Source of the DNA: Podarcis melisellensis
Taxonomy: Eukaryota
Direction: 5' to 3' (one strand)
Length of the DNA: 64,000 bases
Assembly (NCBI GenBank): GCA_964234715.1
Contig: OZ174278.1
In this document: positions 51,521 to 64,000 of the stretch, in pieces
How the letters are laid out: every line of letters begins with the position of its first letter
How positions within the stretch are numbered: the first letter of the stretch is position 1
Made by a program: the position numbers and the translations under genes
The notes under the pieces: model-generated
What the model was told of the DNA's origin: nothing
Seen by the model: only the letters and a program-made list of their open reading frames with translations
Database searches by the model: none

Positions 51521-52864
51521 AAGCATACTTCATTTTCTCCTTGATCTTACTTGTTGGCAGGGGTAGCCAGTGTAGTTTCCTCCAGAAGTTACTGCACTCA
51601 AACTCCCATTAGCCCCACCAGCATGACCAATGGTCAGGCATGGTGGGAGTTGTAGTCAAACCATCACAGCGCCTACCCCTGATCTAAAGTTCCATTCACA
51701 CTTCAGTGTCAAAAAGCATTCGACTTTGTGGAGTCATAGGGAGGAACGGTCTTAGACAGTAGGTCTCAGTGTTGCTGCATAAGCAACATATTGATAGTAG
51801 TAAACAGCTGAAGATATCAGTGGTCCATTAAACCATACTACACTTTTCAAAGGGTACAATATGTTCTCGCTAATTAGCTACCCAATGGCCCACACGGAGA
51901 GATTGACAGAGAACACTTCTGTATTTTCACTTTTGTGAATGCTATTGTATCACCCTGTCACACTGTGTTCTGGTCACTTGACCGTTTGTGGGCGGCATTC
52001 TGTAATTTTCTTCTGAAGAAATTTGTCTTGCCATTGCTTCTCTCTCACACTAAGATCACATTGCATTTGCTCAAAGAGCATGACAGAACTTTTAAGACTG
52101 ATGAAATCCCTCCACTCTACAAGAACAACTTGTACTGTGGCAATTCCCCGAGTGGGAGGATATTTTCAAGCAGTGCTGAGACTACTTGAACTTCCCTCGA
52201 GTGCAAGGCTGGGCACCGCACAACTTCAGAATAAGTAATCTAAGACTGAAGTGTCTCCTCACAACTGCAGTTTAAATCACATTTGCCACCAATGTCCTGC
52301 CTGGAACATGATCTCATTTGCCGCTGTAGCAAGGATGGGGAACTTGTAGCCCTCCAGATGTTGCTGCACTCCAACTCCTATCAGTCACAGCTAGTGTAGC
52401 TGATGAACAGGGCTGGCATCCAACAACAGCTGGAAGCCACAGGCTCCTCATCCCTGCCCTATAGCCACACTAATAACTTGTGCACAAAGAAGATTCCATT
52501 GACTCTGACACTTTTTGTTTAGTTTTTCTTTTGAGATCTGAATTTTGAACTGATGATCTCAATGAACTGGTTCCTCTTCAACAACTAGAGTTTCTAGGAG
52601 AGTTCATCAGGTTAAGATTCCAGTATGGATAGCATTGTTCTGTTGGTGCAAGCGCTTATTCTGAACTACATTATGCCCTATATGTCAAACCTCTCATTTG
52701 CTGCCTAACATTGGCAGCGGGATAGACAAGAGCTTTTTGCAAGCTAGGTGGAGAGGAGGGAAAATAGATGCTGAATGCATATATAAATGCATATCCAAGT
52801 GTGGATGTCTAGGAGCATTGCATTCCTCTCAGTGGAATGCACATTTTCTATTCCAATGCACATT

Positions 52865-52985
52865 CCCACTGTTCAGCAGTGCAATGGACTTCCTCAGAAG
52901 GTGATGTACTCCCCTTCATTGGAGGTTTTTAGCAGAGGCTGGGTGGCCGTCCATCAGGGATGCTTTATAATTCTATGATTCTGAC
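52865..52985 (+). mobile_element. CR1 LINE 3' end
   Basis: cagtgcaatggacttcctcagaaggtgatg...ccttcattggaggttttt...attctatgattct terminal motif. Confidence 0.7.
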
Positions 52986-55900
52986 ATCCTAATATTACTG
53001 CTATTGTTGTCCCAAGGCAATGTAAAGATAGTTAAAAACGGGTGGGGGGCACCATTTAAAGCAAAACTGCACTGGCATGCCAACACAATGCACATCAATT
53101 TGTGCAACAGCTTCTCAAAGTAAGAAGTAATAAGAATCCCACATGCACAGAAGTTGTTTGGGAAAGTAGGGTTATCTTGGACACTAGACCAGAGGTGGGA
53201 AACATTTTGGCTCCACAGGCAAAGGGATCATCCTCACTGGCCAAATTGGATCCCTTGGTGATTGGTCTGTAGGCCAGAGATTTTCCACCCTTTTTCTAAA
53301 CCTGTTCAGTCATTCTCCTCCATGTGTATTCTAAACTATGGAGCAGGGCTTCCAAATACTGTCCTCCAGCCCTGGCACCAGCAGCCCATCAGTCTCATCC
53401 CCTAACACCCATGGGTTGATAACAATATCTGCAAAGAGGAGCCTATGTGTGCACTGTGATTCTTGGATTAGCTAACACTTGACAGGAAGCACAACTGTGG
53501 CTTCTGTTTGCTTGAAAGCCTATGGAGGTATGACTCTTTCTGCACAGGCTCTGTTTTGCAGATGTCACATAGAACACAGGGATGCTAGGAGATAGGGCCC
53601 CACCCACCTCACTCAGCCATATGTAGCTCTCTGAAAAACAATCACCTTTCACCATCCTTGGCATCTCTGAGCAACTTTACTTAAATTATGGGGCTGCTTC
53701 AAAAATAGAAAATGAGCTGGGCGAGTATCACAGAGACCAATATACAGTTTGCAGGCACATTGGACATCTTCTACAGTATGCTTATTCTGAAGTAGAAATA
53801 TATACTTGGTCTCTAAGGTGATACTGTACATTTTTAAAAAAATTGTTTTACTAAATTTTGACTGTGTCAGATCAACATGGCTACCTACCTTATTCTGCAG
53901 TAGGCCCCATTAAAAAGTTACCATTAGAGTTGGCCCTCAGAAAAATAAAACTTGATATATGGATTTGTAAATAATGGGAGTTGATACCAAACTGAGGCAC
54001 CTTTTTCTTGCCTTCTTGTTTCCATTCTTAACAGAGAAACTGTCTTCTAAGAAGAGGCTGTAAGTTGTGTTAAAGCAGCTCAGCAGAACTGCTTAACTTA
54101 TCCAGAAAACAAGAGTTCAAAAAAAAAGAAAAAGAAAAAAAGAAAAAGCTTATTTCAAAGTCATTTTGAAACATTGGACTCCCAACCCTTAAAATATCTG
54201 ATTGAAGAAGGAAGATGCACTGAATGTTGGTGGATAGTATTGGCTAATGCTTCTTCTATGGACTAATCTCATCGGAATTACTAGGTCAGCATCATCCTGC
54301 CTCAAGGCATTAATTATTATGCCCCCGGCACAACACACAATAACAAACTTGGGGTGCTACAGAAAATAGCAGCCCATGTGTCAAGATCACCTTTCACCTC
54401 CATAACATGTTGTGCAACTTACTGTGCATTTTCCATCGCTGGCTGCTAATTCAAAGGGTAGATAAATGCTCAGCATGATAAGAAGAGGACACAGGTAGGA
54501 TGGACTTTACATTGTGGAGGACAAAGGAGGAAACTGATGCCAAACTATCATATTGGATAGCAGCCCCATGTAGTTTGTTTTTTAAAAATTATATGACATT
54601 TAGTTATGCCCTCCACAACTGCCCCTATCCTCATGCTGTACTTTCCTGATTATGGGAATATACTTTACATTTCTACAAACACAGGCAACATGGGGATGGA
54701 TAGGACCGGAATGTTTCCCCTGCGTTTTCTTCCCTTGGAAGCCCATCCATTTGGAAACCATTCTCTGCTTTTCTACAAGACCAGGTTCTTTGGAAAGGAC
54801 TTGCTGTTTTTGTTGTTAGCATAAACTAGCATATGCAGTGGTATTAAATCATGCAAGCCCAGTCATCTGTAATGTGCTTTTTTATTATTGCCAATGCTGA
54901 ATGGGAACAGTGTCACCAACAGGCTCAGCCCCAGTGCCTGAGTCCAGAAGATAAAACCAACACTTCCCAAAATGACTTTACCAATGAATGTGAATGGAAA
55001 GACTGTTCACTGGGGGGAAATAACCATATGGGAAGCCAATTTGTCAGGCAAATCCTTTGATGGCCTGTGATGTGTAGAAATGGTAAAAGAGGAAGCTGTT
55101 TGCTGTTTGGCTGCCACTGCCTTAAGAGAGAATAATTTGAGGTTAAAGTGAGACATGCCACCCCACTCCACTCCCACTGCCACCCTTTTAAATTCCCATT
55201 TACCATTACAGAACCAGATACTGTTATTTGAATGGGAACTTAGTGACAAATGGAACGGACAGAGGAGAAAGCAAAAGCAGTTGCCTTACTTATACGCTTT
55301 CAGCCTCTCTGCTTATTAAAGCCTAAAAGGATACCAACTATTAATAGGGCAGCAGACTTTTTTCTTTAAAAAAAAAGTTTTTTTAAAAATACAAGTACCT
55401 ACAAAAACAGAAGGCAAGCATAATCTTAAAGCAGGTTTCTCTCTTCTTCCAGACTGGTGATATGTATTATTAGGGACTCATCTAAAAACAAAGAAAATAC
55501 TCTTCTTTCTTCAAAAACATTTGTGGAAATATATAGACGAAGCTTATGTGAATTTAAATGCAGCATACATCAGTTGACCCAAATGCATATGATTCATTCT
55601 TAATTTTGGTTGTAATCCAAATTTATATACATTTTTACCATACCCTTTTCTCAAGGAGTTCAGGTTGGAATAGATGGGGCTGTATGTTCATGTGTGATTC
55701 TCTACATTTAAAGTTCTAAGAAAATGTTTGGCTATCTCATTCTTGGAATTGTTTTGTCCTGCTTATAACACTGATACTCAGTATATTTGTCTTTTGGAAA
55801 CCTCTCCCCCACCCTCAGTTTATTCCAAATCAGTCATTGTCTTCCATCATTTGACTGAACTCTGAACAGTGAGTTTACTTTTTACATGATCCCTCTTCTG

Positions 55901-58900
55901 GTTGTCTCATTTTTATCTTTAAAGCAAGATATGTTGTTACCCAATCAGTTTCATATCCAAGTGGGATTTTGAACCCTGGTCTATTCAGGCAATCATAAGC
56001 ACTCTCCCCCTAACACATCACTGGGTCTCCAGTATATGTTTGCATATGCAAAATAAGGGGTGAGCAGCTAAATGACTGTAATGCAGGAAGCCACCAAAAC
56101 TGAGGATCACCAAGGTTAGACTGGCTCTCTGGCACACCTCATATCTGCTTTGGAGCTTAGAAGAATCTGTTGAAGGTCCAAAATAGTTTGAAGCCTGGGC
56201 TTGTAGGTATGTAGGCTCTTGCATATGCCAACAGCATCATCAGAATACACCATGAAGCTTGGCAGGATTAGGACTTTCCTGCTCATGCTGAATGGGTCCC
56301 CTCAATTATCCAGCATAAACAGAAGTAGAGATAAGGTATAATTTAGTTCACAGAAGCACCCAAATTCTCACTTCTTCAAGCAATGCACAAACCAAAACAC
56401 AGCTCTCCTGTGAAATTTGCACTTCTCTGAATTTTGTAAAGCTATCCATATATGGAATGTTACTCTTACACTCATGTTAGATTCAAATCTGATTAATATG
56501 CACAGCCTTATACAAAGCTAGTTTTAAGTATGCTTTTGAGCATTATGAGATCATTTTAAAAGATGGACCAGCCAAACACATCCCCATCACTTGATTTGAC
56601 TTGGTTAGATCAAGGGAAGAAAGTTGTTATCACATTTCTTGCACACAGAAAGCCAACCAGAGAGAGTGAGTTTGTTGCTAGGACAGAGTGATTCCATTTA
56701 CTGGGGGACTTCTGGACAATAGAAACCCTTGTTAAAAATCCATCAAACAGAAAACTGGTCATACCTTTTTGAGGAAGCTCCTATTTTTGCCTTGGATCCC
56801 TCCAACCAACCCCTTTCTCACTATAGCCTACAGCCCACCATTATACCCATCCTCCAAATGAAAGTGTTAGTACAAGCTAGAATATCTACATCTAAGAGGA
56901 AACTAGCTACAATCTACAGTCAATGCAGGGCCATTCTCCAATCAGTGTCTGCTTTACATAAAGGGAACTGTTATTCTCCCACCACCAACAACCTCATCTA
57001 CTTGGACTCACTTACTGTAACCATGTGTCTGGTTTAGGTATGTGAAAAGAGTGGCTGATTAAATTCAGCATTACCACCACTTTGCTACTGCATCTTCAGA
57101 AAGCACAAGGGGCAATGGCAGCTGGAGAACAAGGAAGGTGAAAGGAATTGAACTTTAAGCTAGAAGTAGATACAAGACACGAGGGACAGCTTGGTTTAGG
57201 AAGCTGGTGAACCTGGTAGATCTTGAGACTGTGCTGCCTCCACTATCATTCTGCTTGTGTGGGGAGATGTTTGCTGAAGATTTTGGTTTAGAACTGAAAT
57301 GGGGGGCGTGGGAAACTTATCTATAGAAGCACATTGAAACCCACAGCACTTTTAGCAGAAGAATGCGCACCCTAAAAATACCTTTGCTCTGGCATCTAAA
57401 AAGATCAAAATAGCTTTATTAGACAGTAAACAAGTTTTTGTTAGGTAATCCACAGTGGCTTGCATCCCAGGCAATGCAATAGCGACAGCCTTTTCTATAC
57501 CTATCTGGCTGCTGTTGCCTGTGGTGGCTACATAACACTTATAGGTTAATGGTGACAAAATAGTAAATCATTGCACAGGATATTTTATGAAAATGCTGCT
57601 TTACAATGAGAATGGTTTGCCTTTAACAGCAAAGACCCATACTAATAAAGTTTAAAAAATCAGAAATGATTCCAATGTGTCCTTGTAACGCCCATGTGGT
57701 CAGGAAATGCTAATTCATATTAAACACAACAAAACAAGCGCCACAGCCTAAGGCTTTAAGAGCAAGGGTGATATGATCAAAATCTTAGAGGAGCGCATTC
57801 ATGTCTGAGAAAAGAAGCCATGTCTACACAGTTTAGGGATTCGATAATATTTTTCCTGAGGCTCTATCAAGAGGTGAATTGTAAAGGCAGAGCGAACAGT
57901 TAGTAAAGCACCAATACCTGTGCTAATTGCCCATGGCAAAGAAACTGCTGGGAACATTTGGCAGAGAAATAAGGTTCTACATATTAAAATTATAGATTTG
58001 CTCAGTAATCCAGGATGCACTGAAGGTAGACTAGGATGTAGTTTATGTGAATCAAAATCGAATGCTTGAGCATTAATTCAAGCATGGAATAAATCACACT
58101 GAGACATTATACATGCAAGATAAAGTGCTATTAAAACTTTACAGGTTAAAGTTTTGATCATGTGGGTACAAATATATATTTCTCTGCTTATATTTTCATT
58201 CAGAACTGTAGAATTTTAGAACAGGAAGGGGCTCAAATCTAGTCATCTAGTCCAGTTACCTGCAATGCCTCAGTCCAGAGAATCCTATGCATGTTACTTC
58301 TAAGCCCCAGTGTTCAATATGTTTTAAAGTAAGAGTGTGCCCTTGAAGTATAGGATTTACTCCCTGGTAAGTGTGATTAGGACTGTAGTTTTATTCTTAG
58401 GCAGGAATGAAGTGAGACCAATATATTCATTACCTAATAAAACCACAAATCTAAAAAATAAAATAAAAAATCTGGGTTAATTGCCAAACCTTTAAGGTCA
58501 GCTTTGGGAGCTCAGTTCTGTGTCTCATTATCAGATGGATATTTAACAAGGTGCAAGGGCTTCTCAGTGGTGGCATCTAAACTGCTTCTCAGATACATTC
58601 TATTACTTTTTTCAGCAAGGAAATTTTAATATTCAACTTGTCCTGCTGTGAGATAATTATTTCAGGTAAGTTTTTTATTGTTAATAATTGTATTTATTTA
58701 GCTTTTAAACTTGAAGCTACTTTGGGTGGATACATACATATATCTGGATGCAAACAAATACAGCCAAATGATAACTATGAGTAAAGCATTCTTTATTTGT
58801 GTTGTTTGTGAATGTTTTTAAGACACACACAATGTGGGCGATTAATTTAAATACAACTATTTGTTTTCAATAAAACCTAAATTTAATTAATTTAAAGATG

Positions 58901-60521
58901 CTAAACACAAACCCAAAGCAGCCCTTTAAAGATGTTATTCTTGTATCTGTGCACATTTTCATTCCTGCTTCATATGATAACCATATTTATTTGATTTATT
59001 TTTAGACTGCTTGTTTGCAAATGGCCTACTTTATTGCTTTTCTTCAGCTTTATGGCAAATAAATATACAGGATTTAATTTAATGGTACATTGTTTTTGTA
59101 TCTGCTTTCCTTTAATTGTATTTGTAGATTTGCCTCTGTTTATCCAGTTGTAGCCAGTGGCTACAATGTTCTAGCCATTTTAGTTTCCCCATGAAAATGT
59201 GTGGATTCCCTTTGAACAAATGACAACAAGCAAGTGACAATACCAACAGGTTGTATGCCCTCATCCTCTTGATTAATAATCAGTACTGCTGCTGCACTGC
59301 AGATGTGGGAAACATCATTATGCTGCCAGATGATTAGCAGGTGGGTGGTCCTAGTCATATGTCAAAGCTGCTCTGCCTACTAGACCAAAAGGGTTTCCCA
59401 CACCTGCTGTATTGGCTGTGAGGGTTTGTTGCTGTTGTTCTGGAACCAAGTTGCCCTTGCAGACCAGCGACTCTCAAAATTATGTTGCGAACTGCCCTAA
59501 GATGTATGGATGAAGGGTGGGATACAAATTCAATAAATAAATAAATAAATACCAATGGTGCAGAGAGTGGAAATAAGTGCTTCCATTTCTATTAAGCCTA
59601 TTGGATACCATTGTCACTGGGTGTCTTCCAATAATAAAAGCACACACCAGTGCTGTGTGGGAGCCTGGGGGTGCTTTTTCAAAGACATACCTTGAACCTG
59701 GATCACCAAGAAACTGAGTGAACAGCAGAGCTGGTGAAATTACCGGAGGCTGATATTTTTCAATATCTTCTGCTATTCATTTGGCATGTAGGGCAGGCCC
59801 AAGAAAGACCATCCTCATTGCAAGAGAGCATATTCCACATATAGAATTCAAGTGAACAGGCAGACAAACTGTACCTTAACATTGCCAATGGGACAGTGTC
59901 TTCTACTGCACCTGAAGGCAGCAGACCAACTTAGGGAGAGAAGAGGAAATCATAGTCTCTAACACCTTGCTGTCACTCCCTGAGAACGCTAATCCTCTGC
60001 ATTGCTGCCTGGACAACCATCTCACTCTGCGTAATGGTAAAGGGACGTAGTGGACTACCTGACCATCATACACCAGAGCATTCAAACAAATTGTTACTAT
60101 GGGGGGGGGTAATCATCCCATGTTGGCTTCTTCACTTTATTTTTGAGCCAGTGGATTCAAGATAACATAGTCTTCTCATTAGCTCATACCAGCTCAGAAT
60201 TGAGGTCAGTCCTTTTAAAAAGACCTCAACTCAGTCTCTTCCTCCATGAGAAATATTTACAATGTTGGGTATAGAAGGTTAGTCTAGAAGCCTCCTCTCT
60301 GGTAGGTCAGCTTTCCATGTGAAGTGAGCTTGTAACTGGGTGTTTTAATAATGACTTTTTTTCAACTTTCAGATCAACCATCTCCCATATGCATTCTGAG
60401 GTGATACTTGTCTGTGAGGGGCTATACTATATGGGTCTATATATATTTTTTCTGTTAGAGAGTAATTGAAGACTGAAGAACAAATGAAAAATCTCTAATG
60501 TGCTGAATTGTTAAAAGATTC

Positions 60522-61003
60522 TCCCACCCGGGAAGAATGGCAGATGAAAGTGATGGACTACATGGAACTGGCGGAAATGACTGGCAGAATCCGAGACCAG
60601 GGAGAAGAGTCGGTAGAAGAAGACTGGAAGAAATTTAAAGACTACTTACAGAAACACTGTAAAATTAAGGAATGTTAGAGGGATGCTGGAATGAAGTTAT
60701 GTGGTTTTAGCAGTAATGTTTTTAAGGGGTATGTAAAAATGGATTGTGAACATGTGAAAATGTAAAGCCATAATATATTATGATAAAATATTAAGATAAA
60801 AGCAAAAAGGGTAAGGACTTGCTGAAATAACGTTTGAACTAGAATACAAAAAAGGGAGGTGTGAGGAGGTCAAGAAACAAGCAGATGTAAGATAAGGTAT
60901 GGAAAGATTGATTTGTTTTTTCTTTTTTTAATTGTATCTTTTTTACTGTTTTTTCTTTTTTCTTTGTCATTTGAAACTTTAATAAATATTATTTTTTAAA
61001 AAA
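60522..61003 (+). mobile_element. Young 5'-truncated L1-clade LINE
   Basis: Open ORF2 C-terminus PTREEWQMKVMDYMELAEMTGRIRDQGEESVEEDWKKFKDYLQKHCKIKEC*; AATAAA near the end; perfect 18-bp TSD TGAATTGTTAAAAGATTC at 60504-60521 and 61004-61021. Confidence 0.9.
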
Positions 61004-61244
61004 TGAATTGTTAAAAGATTCAGGTGACCTAAGTTTAAAAGACCAATGGCTTAAGAGTTGAACAGCTGAGTTTGCCAGCAATGGGGCACGTAGATATAAG
61101 GGCAGGAGCAACCAGAGTGTAGACACAATGTCTTATTTTTTCACAACAAATAAACTATTTCCTCTTCCCTGGTTCATCCTACTTATTGAATTGATGGAGA
61201 ATGACCCAGCTTAAGAGCTACTGTGACACAAAACATATACTGAC

Positions 61245-61280
61245 CTGGAAAAGGATTGGGGAGTGTGGGTAATATTTTCT
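61245..61280 (-). CDS. LSAMP: LSAMP 36-nt alternative microexon, (K)KILPTLPNPFP(G)
   Basis: Minus strand ttgtttttctcactccttag|AGAAAATATTACCCACACTCCCCAATCCTTTTCCAG|gtcagt; phase 1-1, frame-preserving; matches the recalled 12-aa insert of chicken (KRVLPTLPNPFP) and mammalian (KRVLPTIPHPIQ) LSAMP isoforms. Confidence 0.92.
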
Positions 61281-63834
61281 CTAAGGAGTGAGAAAAACAA
61301 CAAAACAAAACAATAAGCAACATGCACTTTCCACATTCAGCAAGCAACAGTTACAAACCTGGAGTGCTTCCCAACCTGAAATTGCTTTGATTCAAAAGAA
61401 CATTTGCTCTTCCCAAAGCACCTAAGTATGTGATGAGGCAGGGAGGAACCATCTGAAGGAGACACAAACTGAATAAGCAATATACAGAATATAAAGGGAA
61501 TTATGATGCCTTCTGTGAGGGAACTTGAGTGCCATGATTTCACTATCCAAATATCACCACAAGATCCCAATACACAGTTCTTTGACCTAGTAAACTTTTG
61601 CCTAGTTTGCTTTGCTGTTAAATTTGTATTGTTAATATGTCTAGTTAACTATGCTGAACTGCAAGCAGCAAAGACATTCTAGACACTTTCTACTCTGTAC
61701 ATACAGCCCATGTTCAAGAATCAATGGTGGCATCTCCTTCGTACAAACTCAGTTGCATTATATGTCTTGATTTATCTTTAAACCCTTTTGTCTCATGGCA
61801 GAATCTCCAAAGAACCAATGAAAATTGTGGATTTCACGGACAATGTTGCAGCATTTCCTAGTCAGCTTCCAAAATAAATGGCTTAAGGGACCACCCTCTC
61901 TCTCTTAAGAGGAAAGATCTTGATTAAATGACAAACGTCACCACCAAAGAGTCTGTTATGCAAATGACTCCCAGGAACATAGCATGTTTGGGTACAATCT
62001 GGAGAAGCTTGGTTTACGTCTTCATCCAGGCTTTTACAGACAGGGAAACTGGGATAAGAAGAGGGGAGAGAAAGAAATTATTGTCCAGAAATCAGTGGCA
62101 GAGCCAGGGTGAACTAACCAGAGGCTGGCCACAAAACTGAAGCATATGTGTAATCTATCTCAATGTAGGGCTTTGAATTATTTATGTACTAAATTTATTT
62201 ATTTCATTCCATTTATTAATCCCTTACTATGAAGCATCTCAAATTCCCAGTCATGCCATCGGTAGTACAACAGAATCCAGCCCGCACCAACATTCTTGGT
62301 GCCAGGGAGGGATACCTAGCACAGAACCTCCATAAAGGCTATGTAGCTGTTTGACTGGTGCCTGTCACTGCTGTCTTACCACTGCCAAATATGTTCGGGC
62401 GAAGGGAAGAGGTTGCGGGGCTTAGACCTCAGCAGCAAACTCCAAAATGAGCCACACCCAAATTTAAAAGGATCTAGAACTAAGCTTTGATGGTATTGGG
62501 GCAAGGCTATTTGAACAGAAGGCGCTAACATTCTGCCCTTGTATTGTTTTTGTTATTAATTAATATTATTTACTTGTCCTTCAACAGCAGGTCCCAGGCC
62601 AGGATACAACAATTTAAAATTAAATTAAATTAAAACAGCTAAAACAAATCACAGTCACAGGAATAGGCTGGGCCCTGAAAACTCACATCACAGTTGTCAA
62701 AAGCCAAGGTTAAAAGCATTCACCAAAAACTGCACAGAGAAGATGGCAGGCACAACTTTGTGGGGAGTGCGTTCATAACCAGGTGGCTGTACAAAAACTG
62801 CAAGCTCTAGGCAGAAGCATAGCTAGGAATAACAATATATGCTGGATGTCCCCTCTGAGCTTATGGGAGCTTCATGAAGCTCATCACAGGTTAAAGCATT
62901 TCCTGGCGGATCTCTCAAGAAGTCAGCCAGTCATTATTTGCTTATAAACCTCTTCAGGCACCAACGGCGCAATGCTCCTTAGGCAGAGCACACCGTGCTA
63001 TTACAACCCGACTTGTTGTGGAAGCTCTATAAGCCAATCAGGCTACAGCAGGTCAAGCACATCCCTGTGACTAATGACAGATCTCCCTGCACTAACTGCC
63101 TTAATGGGAGTGTTTGATGTCACAGCAGGTGCTGGAAGATATTGTCTTTTGGCTTGGAAAAATACACAGCCAGGCTGGAACTTAGTGTTTATGTAGCAAT
63201 GGGGGCCTATTGTTCGGGGAAAACAGTCAGCTTCAGTGACAGGATTTCCTTGTTATTTAGTGCGCTTAAATAACATAAGCCCATTACCTTTCCCTCGCAC
63301 AGTTGGCAAGACACTTCTTCACAAGTGGTTATTCTGAAGCGTTCTGGCCTCATTATTACATTGCTTTGTACAAAACGGCAGTACCTTTCCCCGGCCTGCT
63401 GTGCAACACCCTTCTTACTCCACCCCATTCCTGCCCTAATAATTCCACCTCGCCTTGTTACTCTCTGTGATACTATCGCTCTTGAGTAAAATGCTTAAGG
63501 CAAGCATAAAATGAAAAGCACGCTAGCCACTGGTCTGCTGCACAGTCCGTTCATTAAATCACAACTGAGAGCTGGTCCACATGTTACAACCACAAAGAAA
63601 AGGCTGCATGAAATTGCCACGTGTGGCCTCTGCGTCTGTGGGCCAAGTGAAACTTATGCAGCAAAAGGAGCAGGGGAAAAAAATATCCATGCTACATTTT
63701 GTAGAAGTTTTGAGAAAACAACCTGGTTCACTGGATGACTTACTCCCCTCTGAAAACTTGCCGTGCAGGGATAGCTGATATGTGATGGCAGCTACTTTGT
63801 CGAGTGCCTTTCCACCCATGCGATTGAAAACTGT

Positions 63835-63903
63835 GCTCTAGTTTTTATGCTGCCAATCAATTATTATATGTGCTCCAGTTTTTATGCGGCCAATCAATTA
63901 TCA
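63835..63903 (+). repeat. ~36-bp tandem duplication (gtgctcyagtttttatgckgccaatcaattat x2)
   Basis: Seen directly. Confidence 0.85.
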
Positions 63904-64000
63904 TTTTAAAGTATTTATAGGCCACGTTTTGTAGTGCAACTCCTTCAAGATGGCTTATGTACCTATCCAATGTTCATATGAAGCTAGCGGGTTGTAAACA

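Noticed and set aside
37481-61242. Orthologue of the mammalian 33-nt LSAMP exon (EIGTTVHFKQK)
   Set aside because: Not found by eye; it may be absent, too diverged, or hidden in the gap at 38374-38680
1-64000. CRISPR array, prokaryotic operon or intact autonomous transposon/provirus
   Set aside because: No regularly spaced repeat-spacer array and no long transposase, RT, integrase or gag/env ORF; the recurring palindromes are dispersed MITEs with TSDs

Overview
Vertebrate (squamate, probably lacertid lizard) genomic DNA, judged from a Sauria-type SINE, BovB/RTE, L2, L1, CR1 and hAT/Tc1 MITE content. The window holds the tail-to-tail junction of two neuronal genes that are also neighbours in mammals. 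On the + strand: the end of the last GAP43 intron, its last coding exon (9058-9146) and 3'UTR (poly(A) signals near 9800). On the - strand: the 3' end of LSAMP, with a 36-nt alternative microexon (61245-61280), a ~24-kb last intron, the terminal GPI-signal exon (37381-37478) and an inferred ~10.7-kb 3'UTR ending near 26650. None of these real exons is in the ORF track in the correct frame; almost all listed ORFs are spurious or transposon-derived. Two assembly gaps are present. I see no clearly new multi-gene system. The best leads are a solo LTR nearly filled by an intact 197-codon ORF, a divergent CTCF motif pair between the two genes (one motif carried by a nested transposon), the LSAMP stalk microexon with a young L1 beside it plus a second candidate 48-nt exon, and RFX/AP-1 motif clusters in the GAP43 intron. 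Gene identities and repeat family names come from recalled sequence similarity, not from a database search.
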